A DNA stretch of 52,213 bases from a virus (taxonomy: Duplodnaviria > Caudoviricetes), in IMG/VR virus record IMGVR_UViG_3300012166_000001, positions 1 to 52,213 of that record, one strand, 5' to 3'. Below the pieces are notes generated by a model that was not told where the DNA came from, ran no database searches, and saw only the letters and a program-made list of their open reading frames with translations. Positions 17,812 to 28,062 of the stretch are shown here, in pieces. Position 1 is the first letter of the stretch. Every line of letters starts with the position of its first letter. Both the position numbers and the translations under genes were made by a program.

Positions 17812-19247
17812 TGCTTCCGGGTACTAAAACAACCTCTCGCGATAGTCCACCTTCACGGCTCACACCTAGTGACGCCGGAACGTGGTTTGTTGTAGGAGAA
17901 ACGGATCGGGGTACGGTAAGTGAGCCGGTCCTAGTTCGTAACATTCAACAGTTGGTTAATGAGTTTGGAGGGCGAGTCACACCTGGAACTACCCTCTACG
18001 ATTCATTGGATACTTACTTCCGCGAAGGCGGCGGTAAAGCATATGTGTCCCGTGTTGTCGGGCCAAGAGCCGTGAACGCTACGGTGCTTCTTAGTGACGG
18101 CTCCGAAGACACGCTTAGAGTTACTGCGCTCTCACCCGGCGCGTGGGGCAACGATCTCAGAGTAGTGGTCGCTGCCGGTGGCGTTGGGGGAACTGTAGTT
18201 ATTACCATCGAAGAGGATGGGGTTGAAGTAGAGGGCTCAGACGATCTAGCGGATAAGACGGCTATTCTTGCATGGGCGGATAATTCCAGCTATGTCAAAT
18301 TTGAGGACACTGGCAGAGGCGGTGACCCGGCAGTCGCTACTAGATCCCTTGCGGGCGGTGACGATGACCGGACTAATATTACCGATGCCGAGTGGTTGGC
18401 AGCCCTTAACCGCTTCACTGCGGGTTATGGCCCCGGTCAGGTATCCGCTCCCGGTCGTACTACCGGAGCCGGACATTTACAGTTGGATAATCATGCCAAC
18501 GTGTTTAACCGGGTGTCTTACGATGACGCACCGGATACCGGCGTTGTCGGTACTCTGGTTGCAGCGGCAGCCGCCCGGCGGGCCGGAGCCGACGCTAGGT
18601 ATGGTGGGCTATTCGGGCCGTGGGCTATCGTGCCGGGTGTTGCTCCCGGTACTACTAGGACAGTGCCCTACTCAGCGGTTGTCGCGGGCCAGACGGCTCG
18701 ACTCGCCGCGCAGGGCGTGTCTCCCAATGTCGCCCCCGCTGGCGAGAATGGGATTGCACAGTACGCTATTGGTCTCAGTCAGGATGCCTGGACGGATGCT
18801 GACCGCGAGACTCTTAACGATGCCGGGTTCAATGTGGTTCGCCTTCATCGTGGAGCCTTCCGCACCTACGGTTTCCGTACTGCGGTTGACCCGACAATTG
18901 ACGACACATGGCTTGAGCTAACTAACTCTCGCCTGTACATGTTGATCGCAGCCCTTGGGGATGCGATTGCAGAAAAGTACGTATTCGCTCAGTTGGATGG
19001 GCGCCGGTTTAAGATCTCCGAATTTAACGGTGAACTTACCGCCATGCTCATCCCGTTCTATGTTGCAGGGTCACTGTACGGTGAGACCTTTGACGAGGCA
19101 GCCGTTGTCGATACAGGGCCACAGGTGAATACGGAAGAAACAATCGCCGCCCGTGAGCTTAGGGCGATTATCGCTATTCGCATGAGCCACTTTGGCGAAT
19201 TGGTAACAATCGAAATTAGCAAGGTCGCTACTACGGAGGCGGTCTAA
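17811..19247 (+). CDS. contractile tail sheath protein
   Basis: YF.EGG..AYVSRV, A.SPGAWGN.L.V, LN..G.NV.R, G.RT motifs. Confidence 0.93.
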   Translation: MLPGTKTTSRDSPPSRLTPSDAGTWFVVGETDRGTVSEPVLVRNIQQLVNEFGGRVTPGTTLYDSLDTYFREGGGKAYVSRVVGPRAVNATVLLSDGSEDTLRVTALSPGAWGNDLRVVVAAGGVGGTVVITIEEDGVEVEGSDDLADKTAILAWADNSSYVKFEDTGRGGDPAVATRSLAGGDDDRTNITDAEWLAALNRFTAGYGPGQVSAPGRTTGAGHLQLDNHANVFNRVSYDDAPDTGVVGTLVAAAAARRAGADARYGGLFGPWAIVPGVAPGTTRTVPYSAVVAGQTARLAAQGVSPNVAPAGENGIAQYAIGLSQDAWTDADRETLNDAGFNVVRLHRGAFRTYGFRTAVDPTIDDTWLELTNSRLYMLIAALGDAIAEKYVFAQLDGRRFKISEFNGELTAMLIPFYVAGSLYGETFDEAAVVDTGPQVNTEETIAARELRAIIAIRMSHFGELVTIEISKVATTEAV

Positions 19248-19658
19248 ATGAGTAGGCAAGATCAGTACCGAGTGTCCGTCATTCTTGACGGAGAAAATAT
19301 CGGAGTCTGGGATAAGGTCACAGGCTTTGGCGTGGACTCGGCGGAAACGAAGTACAAACCGGGTGGGATGGTTCCTGAAATTCCACTCGGCGGAAGCGTA
19401 TCCGTCGATAACGGGACTGTCTCCCGTCTATACGACCTCCAGCGCGACCACCAGAACGTGAAGCGTTGGATTGCAAAGGTGGGCAAGGCAGACGTTGTAG
19501 TTAACAAGCAGCCGTTGGACATTGACGGGAACGTGTTTGGTTCCCCGCTTGTGTACACCGGCAAGCTGAAGAACTGCACTCCCCCTGAAGTTGATTCAGA
19601 GTCGAGCGATGCAGCTATGCTCGAAATCGAAGTTAGCTCGGCGGCAATCGTCGGGTAA
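19248..19658 (+). CDS. tail tube protein
   Basis: 136 aa directly after sheath; P..DS.SSDAAM.EIE. Confidence 0.8.
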   Translation: MSRQDQYRVSVILDGENIGVWDKVTGFGVDSAETKYKPGGMVPEIPLGGSVSVDNGTVSRLYDLQRDHQNVKRWIAKVGKADVVVNKQPLDIDGNVFGSPLVYTGKLKNCTPPEVDSESSDAAMLEIEVSSAAIVG

Positions 19659-19683
19659 GTAATCCCCTAAGGAGGGAAAGTAA

Positions 19684-20241
19684 ATGGAGACAGATACAAA
19701 GCAGTTTGATGACCCCACTAAATCTCCTGTAGACGTTGAGCCCCCGGCAAGTAGGGGGGCTCAACATAAGGATGAAGAGGGTACGTTGCTCTCCTCACTG
19801 CGGGAGAAACGAAACAAGATCGGATCGGAAAGGCATCTCGAACTAGAGATTCCAGGGTACGACGGAGAGTTGGTTGTCCGTTACCAACCGATCCCTTGGG
19901 AAGAGGCGAAGCGCATTACTGAACGTCTCGAAAACAGTAAGAACCCGCGTAAGGAATTGTATGCACAGGCGGACGTGTTGATTCGAGCCTGTGAGGAAAT
20001 CCTTGCGCGTGTGGAGGGGAAGTTGGTACCACTCTCCACAGTGTTTCCCGAAGTAGGAGCGGAGCCAATTGGATTCGATGCGCGATTGGCTAAGGCTCTT
20101 GGGTTCGATGTAGTAAATGGCAGCGAAGGGCGCTCCGCAGTGTTGGGAGCCTTCAATAACGACCTGGCTGTTAGTAAGCAACAGGCAGACGTTATGGAGT
20201 GGATTCAGAACAGTGAGAGGGGTAGTGACCAGGATTTTTAG
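19684..20241 (+). CDS. tail assembly chaperone (G)
   Basis: Between tube and tape measure; AAGGAGG RBS; ends at slippery site G GAT TTT TAG. Confidence 0.8.
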   Translation: METDTKQFDDPTKSPVDVEPPASRGAQHKDEEGTLLSSLREKRNKIGSERHLELEIPGYDGELVVRYQPIPWEEAKRITERLENSKNPRKELYAQADVLIRACEEILARVEGKLVPLSTVFPEVGAEPIGFDARLAKALGFDVVNGSEGRSAVLGAFNNDLAVSKQQADVMEWIQNSERGSDQDF

Positions 20242-20453
20242 ATCTGGTTAAGAATGATGACACTATCCAGTTAGCAGCCAGCGCCGGACTGTACGGGATC
20301 AGCCCCTTTACGGTTTTGGAGGAGCGCGATCCCGTGCGGTTGGCTGTTCTGGAGGCTGTGATTAATAAGGCCCAGAAGGAGGCGCACAAGGCACGTAAGG
20401 CGTTAGCTGCCCAAATTGCCGACCAAATTCTAAGCAACATAAAGATTAAGTGA
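19684..20453 (+). CDS. tail assembly chaperone GT via -1 frameshift at 20232-20238
   Basis: The -1 frame after GGATTTT is open (LDLVKNDDTIQLAASAGLYGISPF...NIKIK*) to TGA 20451-20453, one base before the tape measure ATG. Confidence 0.75.
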
Positions 20454-20454
20454 T

Positions 20455-22602
20455 ATGGGGATTTCCAGTTCTAGCCTAATAGATGTGAGGATGCGGCTGC
20501 GCGGTGGATCTCGCGCGCGTAAAGAGGCTGCCGCAACCGCATCTTCCTTCAAAGCCGTGGGTACCGCCGCGAAAGCTGCCGGTGCGGGCTCTGCTTTGGC
20601 AGCGGGTCCGCGTGGGATCGGGCGATTCCAAAAAGGGTTAAGAGGACTCCACACAACGGGTACCAAAATGAAGGCGGTTGGTTCCAGTATGTCGGGGCTT
20701 GTCCTGCCTATGGCGCTAGTCGGCGGCGCCGCAATCAAAATGTCGATTGACTTTGAACGGGAGATGCGGAACGTTAACTCGATTGCCCAACTCCCTGAGG
20801 GTTCATTTAAGAGTCTTTCTAATAGTGTGTTGGATATAGCCGGTCAAACTGCACAGGCTCCGAAAACACTGGCGGCAGGAATGTATACCCTTGTGTCGTC
20901 AGGGTTTAGAGCTAAAGAGTCGCTTAACGTAGTGAGATACGCTGCAAGGGCGGCAACGGCAGGACTCACAGATACCGCCACATCTACTAAAGCAGTAGCC
21001 GCTGTGCTTAACGCTTACCGTATGCCAGCCAGTAAAGCTAGGGCTGTATCCGATACCCTCTTCCGCACCGTAGATCGCGGTGTCATTAGCTTTGAGGAGT
21101 TGGCACAGAATATCGGCGTCCTGCTCCCGTGGGCATCCAGCTTGGGGATCTCACTGCGAGAGGCCGGAGCCTCAATCGCCACGATGACTAAGGCGGGAGT
21201 ACCGGCGGCTGAAACTATTACGTTTACCAAAAACGTAATGGCTGCCTTGATTAAGCCTAGTAAGGATTTGTCGTCTCAAATGAGAGAGTTAGGTTTCTCA
21301 TCCGGAGAGGCGATGGTTAAAAGTAAAGGCTTCCAAGGCACACTAGACGCACTCGTTAAAGCATCAGGTGGGACTAAGGAGGCGGTGGGTAAGCTATTCC
21401 CTAACATCCGTGGCCTGTCCGGTGTGCTGGCCCTGACAGGTAGAAACTCTAAAGCCGCCGGTGAAGATCTCAAAGGTATGATGGGGGATGCAGGAGCAAC
21501 CGCACACGCCCTGTCGCAACAGACGAAAGCCACATCGTTCCAATGGCAGAGACTCAAAGTAGACGCTACTGTTCTGGCAATTAAAGTAGGAGACGTTCTG
21601 CTTCCCGTGCTTATTAGCTTAACTGACATTATCGGTGTGATAGTAACAAAGTTCAGTGCTCTGCCCCGGCCGGTGAAAACAGGCGTCCTGGTTCTGGTAC
21701 TACTGCTCGCAGTGCTCGGCCCCCTAATAAGCGTAATAGGGTCTGTAACTATTGCCGTGTCCGCATTGGGTACCGCGCTAATGTTCCTGTGGGCTAACCC
21801 AATCGGGTTAGTAATACTAGGGGTGTTGGCGGCAGGGATCGCGTTCTATATTGCATATAAGAAGATCAGATTGTTTCACGATGCAGTGGATGCAGTAGCC
21901 GGTTATATCAAGTCAAATTGGAAAATGATCCTGCTGCAATTCTTCGCCGCCCCTATCTACTGGACAATTCAGGTTATTAAGCATTGGAAGACAGTTCTAC
22001 GGGTTATGTTGATTGCCGCCTTGGCACCTATACGGTTAGTGATAGAGGCATTTAAACACTGGAGGGAGATCCCTGGAATTGTTGGCGGTGCAATTAGTGC
22101 GGTATGGAAAGTTGTTAGTTCGGAATTGGGTAAGGTTCTTGACTTTATTCAGGATATGGCTCCGAAGGCATGGACTGCTATGAAGAAATTTGGGGCGGCT
22201 GTTGTTAATGCGATTAAGGGACTCCCAGGAGTTATCGGTTCTCTCTCAATGGATGTGGGTAAGGAGATCATTGAAGGGATTAAGGCAGGACTAGGGTTTG
22301 GGGATACCGAAGTGCTGGGGGAGGTAACACTTACGCCGAGAGCTAGGGCACAGGCGAAGGGGTTGGGTAGCCGCCCGCCAAGTGGGGGGCCGCGTAGGGG
22401 ACTAATGGGGGGAGGAGCGGGCGCGAGCAAAGCCCCGCTGACCCGCCCTCGTATAGCTATGTCTTCCGGAGGATCTTCTGCCCTTATGTTCGAGCGCAGG
22501 CCGCAGATTTATCTCACGGCAACAATTAGGAATCATCTTGACGGTAAAGAGATTAGCCGCAATACCACTAAGCATGTACTAGATGCAGAGGCACGGAGCT
22601 AA
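20455..22602 (+). CDS. tape measure protein (TP901-like core)
   Basis: FE..M.NV, LA.G.Y.L.S.G, G...FEELA motifs; hydrophobic ANPIGLVI segment; Trp repeats. Confidence 0.93.
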   Translation: MGISSSSLIDVRMRLRGGSRARKEAAATASSFKAVGTAAKAAGAGSALAAGPRGIGRFQKGLRGLHTTGTKMKAVGSSMSGLVLPMALVGGAAIKMSIDFEREMRNVNSIAQLPEGSFKSLSNSVLDIAGQTAQAPKTLAAGMYTLVSSGFRAKESLNVVRYAARAATAGLTDTATSTKAVAAVLNAYRMPASKARAVSDTLFRTVDRGVISFEELAQNIGVLLPWASSLGISLREAGASIATMTKAGVPAAETITFTKNVMAALIKPSKDLSSQMRELGFSSGEAMVKSKGFQGTLDALVKASGGTKEAVGKLFPNIRGLSGVLALTGRNSKAAGEDLKGMMGDAGATAHALSQQTKATSFQWQRLKVDATVLAIKVGDVLLPVLISLTDIIGVIVTKFSALPRPVKTGVLVLVLLLAVLGPLISVIGSVTIAVSALGTALMFLWANPIGLVILGVLAAGIAFYIAYKKIRLFHDAVDAVAGYIKSNWKMILLQFFAAPIYWTIQVIKHWKTVLRVMLIAALAPIRLVIEAFKHWREIPGIVGGAISAVWKVVSSELGKVLDFIQDMAPKAWTAMKKFGAAVVNAIKGLPGVIGSLSMDVGKEIIEGIKAGLGFGDTEVLGEVTLTPRARAQAKGLGSRPPSGGPRRGLMGGGAGASKAPLTRPRIAMSSGGSSALMFERRPQIYLTATIRNHLDGKEISRNTTKHVLDAEARS

Positions 22603-23342
22603 TGCCTACACAGAAAAAGCGTCCCAGACCTAAGCACCCAAAACAGGCTGTTGAGAGAGCGGCGCCAGCGATTGCAAGTGCTGCCCCCGGCCGCACACAA
22701 ATTCGCATCCTGTGCCAAGAGCTAAGGACGAATGATCTTTATGACTTAGGGGATGGCCCAATTATTCCAGTAGGTGGCTTCGGAGGATGGGAGGAAATCA
22801 CCATCCCTGGTCAGGTTAATGTTACGGAGTACGTAGGAGTAGAAACCCTCAAGCTAGATATCCCAATCCTGCTAGATGGGTTCGCAGATAATCAAAGCCA
22901 AGAGCCTAAGCTGCACAGCCTTATGCGATTGGCCCGGCAGTTTGAAGATGGCGATGAACCTCCCGTCGTACAAATCTTCGGTGCCGCTATGCCGGTAGCT
23001 AATGGGGGTCACTTCATTATTCTCGGCTTCGACTTCGATCCTGGTATGACAATTCTAAACCAGGGTGGCACGTTGGTTCGCAGATCTTGCATCATGCATG
23101 TTAGTGAGTTCTCAGACGCCGACACTGTACGAATTAAAAAACGCAAGAAGAAGCGGGGTAATAAGGGCGGGGGAACTCAAGTCCCCCCAAGTCACTACAC
23201 AATTAAGTCTGATGACACTCTCTTTAGCATTGCCATGAAGTTCTATGGTGACCGCTCAGCGTGGGAGAGAATCGCTAAAGCTAACGGCTTACGAGATCCG
23301 CGCAACCCTCCCGCCGGTAAGAAGATCAAGCTACCCGTGTAA
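22602..23342 (+). CDS. tube initiator / baseplate protein with LysM domain
   Basis: YTIKSDDTLFSIAMKFYGD...W..IA.ANG LysM motif. Confidence 0.85.
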   Translation: MPTQKKRPRPKHPKQAVERAAPAIASAAPGRTQIRILCQELRTNDLYDLGDGPIIPVGGFGGWEEITIPGQVNVTEYVGVETLKLDIPILLDGFADNQSQEPKLHSLMRLARQFEDGDEPPVVQIFGAAMPVANGGHFIILGFDFDPGMTILNQGGTLVRRSCIMHVSEFSDADTVRIKKRKKKRGNKGGGTQVPPSHYTIKSDDTLFSIAMKFYGDRSAWERIAKANGLRDPRNPPAGKKIKLPV

Positions 23343-23344
23343 TT

Positions 23345-25198
23345 ATGCCAGCGACTAAAAGTAAAGAGCAGAGTAAGAAAGAAGGTCCGCAGAAGGGGCG
23401 GCAGATCATTCCTAAGCGTTTGCTCTCAGGTGTGGGAGCCGACCTAGAGGATATTATCCTCAGAGGTAAGGGTTTCCGCGCCGTTGTAGATATGGCTGTG
23501 GAGTCTGCCCCTATTACCCGAACGATTGACGGTGCTAGCACTATTGAGCTTGGAGTACACGATCCCAGACGGCGCTTGATTAGACACCCAATGTTCGAGA
23601 GCCCAAGGGAGAAACCCGTCAAGCTTGAACTTGACGACCTTAACTTCCTGTACGTGAAGATGGCCAAGTCGGGGAAGACGACTACTCTCACATTTGAGGA
23701 TCAGGAGATCCACTGGCTTCGTAGGTTTAGAGGCCCAAAAAAGGCGTTCAGGGGGAGAACAACCAGGGCCGAATTCATACTGTCCCTTATTCGAGCGGTT
23801 AGAAGACACAAGATCCCTGTGGTTATCCCTGAATTACATAAAACACAACCGCTGGAGAGCATTAAAGAGCATAATCAATCCGAATCGGAAGTTGATACCC
23901 AAGCCGGGCGCGCTGGATTAGGGTCAAATGATGTAGGTCAGATACAAGTTAAGAAGACAGATGCATCCCTAGCTCAAATTCACGTTATTGATGTAGTGCT
24001 AGACACAGGTATGTCGATGGGAGTTAACTTCAAGGTATTGGTCGCGTCAATTATGACGATTACCCAGGAAAGCGCGGCGACAAATATCAACATTGGATCG
24101 GCAGGCGTAGGGCCGTTTAGTCAAGAACCTGGTACATGGGGGCAGGATTTTCCTGGCGCGAGTAACGATATAGTCGAATGCTCAAAAGGGTTCTTTATGG
24201 TTGCGACCAGAGAGGACAACGCAAATCCAGGACAATCCTTGTCATCGCTATGCCAAGCCGTACAGAAATCTGCGGATGGAAGTCTTTACGCCGAGTGGGA
24301 GAAAGAGGCTAAGAACACAGTAACAACTTACTTAGGGGGAGCCTCTGTTACTACAACCCAAACTACGATTAAACCCTACGCCTTCGAGGTTAAGAAAGAC
24401 GAAGACTATTGGGAAGCCATTAAGCGGCTGGCTAACGAGGTTAACTGGCGAGCCTTTTTCGTTGGCGGGGTGTTCTTCTTTATCGCTGAGGAGGATCTGT
24501 ACCGGGGCAAAGTTCACCTACAGATTAATGAGGAATCGCAGGGGATAGACAACATCGACTTCGATGCAGACGACGGTAAGGCTGTCATCGAAATGACTGT
24601 GACCGCTCACGCTAAGCGATGGGGAGTCCCGCCTGGCATGGTGGTACGTGTTGGCGGAATGGGGCCAGCGAATGGACGCTTCCTGGTTAGTACTATGGAA
24701 GGCTCTCTGCTTCCAGGTGACGGCGACCTAGTTACTATTACCCTTAAGAAGCCAACCCATTCTACTCCCGAACCGGCGCCAGAGACTGAGACTAATACTC
24801 TTGGCGCCTCTGAGGGCTCCGCAACCGGCAACGATGCCGTTGATGCGATGTTGGCTGAGGCTGACCGGATAGACGGCCTCCAGAGCGGCTACCAGTGGGG
24901 CGGGGGGCATGGTGCCTCTACCAGTGCGAATGGGCCTTGGGACTGCTCAGGCGCAGTCTCACGGCTACTCGACGTGGGCGGCTTCCTAACAACCCCCGTC
25001 GCTTCAGGACCGATGGCTTCCATGTATCAAAGCGGTGTAGGTGAGAACTTTACGATCTTCGCTAATGGGGGGCATGTGTTTGTCCGCTTCGGAGATAGAT
25101 ATTGGGGAACCTCCAGTGAGAATCCTGGCGGGGGGCCGGGGTGGCACTCGTCCCGCGATACTGGCGGGTACTCTGCGCGACACCCTGGGGGAACCTGA
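23345..25198 (+). CDS. baseplate hub with muralytic insert and C-terminal NlpC/P60 peptidase
   Basis: Hub-like N and C parts; central QES...GPFSQ..W lysozyme-like motif; YQWGGGHG..DCSGAVS..H NlpC/P60 motif. Confidence 0.75.
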   Translation: MPATKSKEQSKKEGPQKGRQIIPKRLLSGVGADLEDIILRGKGFRAVVDMAVESAPITRTIDGASTIELGVHDPRRRLIRHPMFESPREKPVKLELDDLNFLYVKMAKSGKTTTLTFEDQEIHWLRRFRGPKKAFRGRTTRAEFILSLIRAVRRHKIPVVIPELHKTQPLESIKEHNQSESEVDTQAGRAGLGSNDVGQIQVKKTDASLAQIHVIDVVLDTGMSMGVNFKVLVASIMTITQESAATNINIGSAGVGPFSQEPGTWGQDFPGASNDIVECSKGFFMVATREDNANPGQSLSSLCQAVQKSADGSLYAEWEKEAKNTVTTYLGGASVTTTQTTIKPYAFEVKKDEDYWEAIKRLANEVNWRAFFVGGVFFFIAEEDLYRGKVHLQINEESQGIDNIDFDADDGKAVIEMTVTAHAKRWGVPPGMVVRVGGMGPANGRFLVSTMEGSLLPGDGDLVTITLKKPTHSTPEPAPETETNTLGASEGSATGNDAVDAMLAEADRIDGLQSGYQWGGGHGASTSANGPWDCSGAVSRLLDVGGFLTTPVASGPMASMYQSGVGENFTIFANGGHVFVRFGDRYWGTSSENPGGGPGWHSSRDTGGYSARHPGGT

Positions 25199-25199
25199 G

Positions 25200-25520
25200 A
25201 TGCCCGATCCGCGACAACTATCACCCGGCGCCGTAGAAATTCCCGACCCGCAAGTTTTTGAGGGTGTGATAGCTACTGATGCTTCGGCAGTAGATGAGGA
25301 GGTTTACGTAACCATCCCCTATTTCGATGACGGGGAGGGTAAAAGCTGGAAACACGGCCCTTGTAAATGGATGCCAAGGGCAGAGCCCGGCGGGTTATTC
25401 TTCCCGAAACGCGGCGACCCCTGCATTGTCGAGTTACCTACTGGCGGAGATCCTTGGATTAGTATATGGATGAATCAAGCTAGTACACCTGACCATACAT
25501 GGAGAGATCTAGCGGTTTAG
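25200..25520 (+). CDS. baseplate spike / gp5 OB-fold-like protein
   Basis: V.V.IP.FD, P..GD.C.V....G.PW motif; position. Confidence 0.6.
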   Translation: MPDPRQLSPGAVEIPDPQVFEGVIATDASAVDEEVYVTIPYFDDGEGKSWKHGPCKWMPRAEPGGLFFPKRGDPCIVELPTGGDPWISIWMNQASTPDHTWRDLAV

Positions 25521-25528
25521 GAGATAGC

Positions 25529-25864
25529 ATGGCTGATGATATAACTACACCACAACTTAAGGTACCGTTCCAAATGTCCGGGTCGAAGATGGCGACTATT
25601 GAGCAGGACAGCGATGACGATGTGGTGCAATGTGTCGCCGCTACCATACGAACGCGGCCAGGAACCCGGCCAGACGATCCACTCATGGGAATCCCCGACT
25701 TCGCTTTCTCAGAGAATGGTGCCGACCTGTCTGTGATTAGGGCCACCCTGGCGAAGTATGAGCCCCGTGCAACCGTAATGACAGAGCAGGAATTGGTAGA
25801 CCTAATAGCAACCGTTACGGTGGGAGTTGAAACCACAGAGGAGGAGACATTTACTAATGGCTGA
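25529..25864 (+). CDS. gp25-like baseplate wedge protein
   Basis: T.PG.RP..P..G and YEPR motifs. Confidence 0.8.
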   Translation: MADDITTPQLKVPFQMSGSKMATIEQDSDDDVVQCVAATIRTRPGTRPDDPLMGIPDFAFSENGADLSVIRATLAKYEPRATVMTEQELVDLIATVTVGVETTEEETFTNG

Positions 25865-27032
25865 CGAATTCGTAACAATCCCACTTGACTCAGATCCCGA
25901 CGCTCTCTATCAAGAGGCTGTCGAGCGTATCCAACAGACCTGGCCGGACTTCGAGCCGTCCCCTTCACAGTTGGGTACAGTGTTAATGTTGGGTTGGGCT
26001 TATATGTTTAGTAGCCTGGCCGTGCTTGCCTCTTCGATGCCGGAAGCAGCTTTTCAACAGGCCGGTAAAACTCTCTTCGCGACTCCCCCCCAGGAAGCCG
26101 CTCCGGCGCAAGTGGGCTCGACCTGGACCGCGATAGATAACAGAGGTTACAGAATCGACGCAGGCACTGAAGTAGTAATCGCTGAGACTGGCGATGAGTT
26201 GCATGGGTTTGCCGTTCTAGAGGAAGTGGTGATCGCTCCCGGTGATACCGCAACCAGAACAGGCGAGGTTATGTTGAGTGCGATTATCCCCGGTGAGCAG
26301 GCTAATGACCTGACCGCTAATGCAGATCCGGTTGACTCTCTCGACTGGATTTCCTCTATCGTGCTCGACGGTACCAGTAGCGGCGGTGAGGATGCGGAGA
26401 CTTCCACAGATTACTCTGACCGTCTACGGAAAGTTCTGCAACTGTTAACTCCCCGACCGATCATTCCGACTGATTTCGAGATCGCCGCTTTGCAAATCGA
26501 GGGAGTGGAGCGGTCACTGGCGGTGGATGGTTACAATCCCGGCGACAGAACATACAGAAATGAGCGTATGGTCGCTGTCGGTGTTATTGACGTGAGCGGC
26601 AACGCCGTATCGGCTCCGATCAAAGCAGAAGTGGAAGCCGATCTGGAAGCCAAACGTGAGATTAATTTCGTCGTTAACGTAATTGACCCCGACTATACGA
26701 CCATTGATGTATCCGCCAGAATCCAAGCCCAACCTGGCTTTGCTGACGCGACAGTAATTGCTAATGTGGAAGCCGCCCTGACAGAGTATTTCGATCCGGC
26801 GAATTGGGGGCTGCCTACCTTCGGAGATCCTAGCTCTAGCGGCGGCTGGCGCCTAACTGATTTCGCACGGTTCTACGAGGTAGTAGAAGTTATGAACCAA
26901 GCACAGGGGGCAGATTACATAGAGACTCCACAAATCGCGAGAGGCGGCGGTGCGTTGGGTACGGCAGATGTAGCTCTAACTGGACCGGCTCCACTAACGA
27001 GAGTCGGCAGACTAACTATTACGGCGATTTGA
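25857..27032 (+). CDS. baseplate J-like protein
   Basis: G...GG.D.ET..DY..RL, DFE..AL...GV.R motifs. Confidence 0.88.
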   Translation: MADEFVTIPLDSDPDALYQEAVERIQQTWPDFEPSPSQLGTVLMLGWAYMFSSLAVLASSMPEAAFQQAGKTLFATPPQEAAPAQVGSTWTAIDNRGYRIDAGTEVVIAETGDELHGFAVLEEVVIAPGDTATRTGEVMLSAIIPGEQANDLTANADPVDSLDWISSIVLDGTSSGGEDAETSTDYSDRLRKVLQLLTPRPIIPTDFEIAALQIEGVERSLAVDGYNPGDRTYRNERMVAVGVIDVSGNAVSAPIKAEVEADLEAKREINFVVNVIDPDYTTIDVSARIQAQPGFADATVIANVEAALTEYFDPANWGLPTFGDPSSSGGWRLTDFARFYEVVEVMNQAQGADYIETPQIARGGGALGTADVALTGPAPLTRVGRLTITAI

Positions 27033-27033
27033 T

Positions 27034-27651
27034 ATGGATAGGCCAATCGTAAGCGCAGCGGCAGAAGAGTTATATGGGTTCCTTGAGGCGTTCGTTATCG
27101 AAGACGAGGAAGCTGAGACGTGGCAAACCTTACTGTTATGCGAAGCCCTCATGGGAGGGACAGCGCAGATCGTTTGGGATTGGGTTACGGACAGAGCGGA
27201 TATGTTCGGTTGGGCATACCTGCTCAACGCCGACCTGACCGATGCTAATGCTCTCCCCTGGTTAGCTCAGTTCAACGGCACAAAGCTTCGCGAGGATATG
27301 ACGGAGCAGGAGAGACGGGACGCAATCAAAGCCCCCGCCGGGTTCAATCGAGGAACCCTAGCCTACGTTACGGAAGCCCCTAAGCAGTACCTAACAGGGA
27401 CAAGAGCCGTGTATGTCCGCGAGCGTGAAGGGGGCGCCTACAGATTGCATATGCGTACCCTACTGTGGGAGACACCTGATGAGCCCGCCGCTCTCGCTGC
27501 GATCCTCTTACAAAAGCCCGGCGGCATAGTGCTTGATTACGATGTAATCACCGGGCAGGACTGGATAGACTTAATGGCGGATCATGCCAGTTGGAATGCA
27601 GTAACGGCAGACTACGTAGATTGGGATGAGTTGCGTAGTGAGATCCCCTAA
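27034..27651 (+). CDS. baseplate/tail protein (P2 gpI-like)
   Basis: LPWLAQF.G, RGT, KP.G motifs. Confidence 0.8.
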   Translation: MDRPIVSAAAEELYGFLEAFVIEDEEAETWQTLLLCEALMGGTAQIVWDWVTDRADMFGWAYLLNADLTDANALPWLAQFNGTKLREDMTEQERRDAIKAPAGFNRGTLAYVTEAPKQYLTGTRAVYVREREGGAYRLHMRTLLWETPDEPAALAAILLQKPGGIVLDYDVITGQDWIDLMADHASWNAVTADYVDWDELRSEIP

Positions 27652-27697
27652 CTAAGCTCGGTTAATTCCGAGAAGGAGAGAGTGATCAACTCTCCTC

Positions 27698-27753
27698 CCT
27701 CCTGACACCCGCTCGGCCCTTTTGTCTCCTGGGCCGTAGCGGGTGTTGGGAGG
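27698..27753. terminator. long hairpin between convergent operons
   Basis: CCTCCTGACACCCGCT-CGGCCC pairs with GGGCCG-t-AGCGGGTGTTGGGAGG. Confidence 0.75.
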
Positions 27754-27759
27754 ATTAAC

Positions 27760-28062
27760 TTACTTTGCCCTTGGGGGCAGGTGATCCAGCAGGGCTTGAC
27801 GCTGCGCTGAGGATAGTTCTCCTATGCGCGTGTGTGGCCACACCCCCGCCCTCTCGCACACCTGGCGGGCGCCGTTGCGCCCTAACCTGGGGACGTGCAG
27901 CAGGATCTCCCACACGTCCGCTCGACGTAGCACCTGGAAGCCTGTGCGTTTGGCCTCCAGCACATCTAGGAAAACAACTCTGCCCTCTTCCAACCTGGTC
28001 AGAATGTGTGCCCGCTGTTTGCGGACTCGGCGGGCATGGAGGGTGTCGTATCGTTTAGCCAT
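27760..28062 (-). CDS. actinobacterial integration host factor (mIHF/sIHF)-like protein
   Basis: R..I...L..G, LL.VPRLG...A..V....GV....RIGELS..QRQALL H2TH pattern. Confidence 0.75.
   Translation of the reverse strand: MAKRYDTLHARRVRKQRAHILTRLEEGRVVFLDVLEAKRTGFQVLRRADVWEILLHVPRLGRNGARQVCERAGVWPHTRIGELSSAQRQALLDHLPPRAK

Noticed and set aside
4295-27227. Many minus-strand and alternate-frame ORFs over the structural genes
   Set aside because: They overlap well-supported genes, show no recognisable motifs and are expected shadows in moderately GC-rich DNA.
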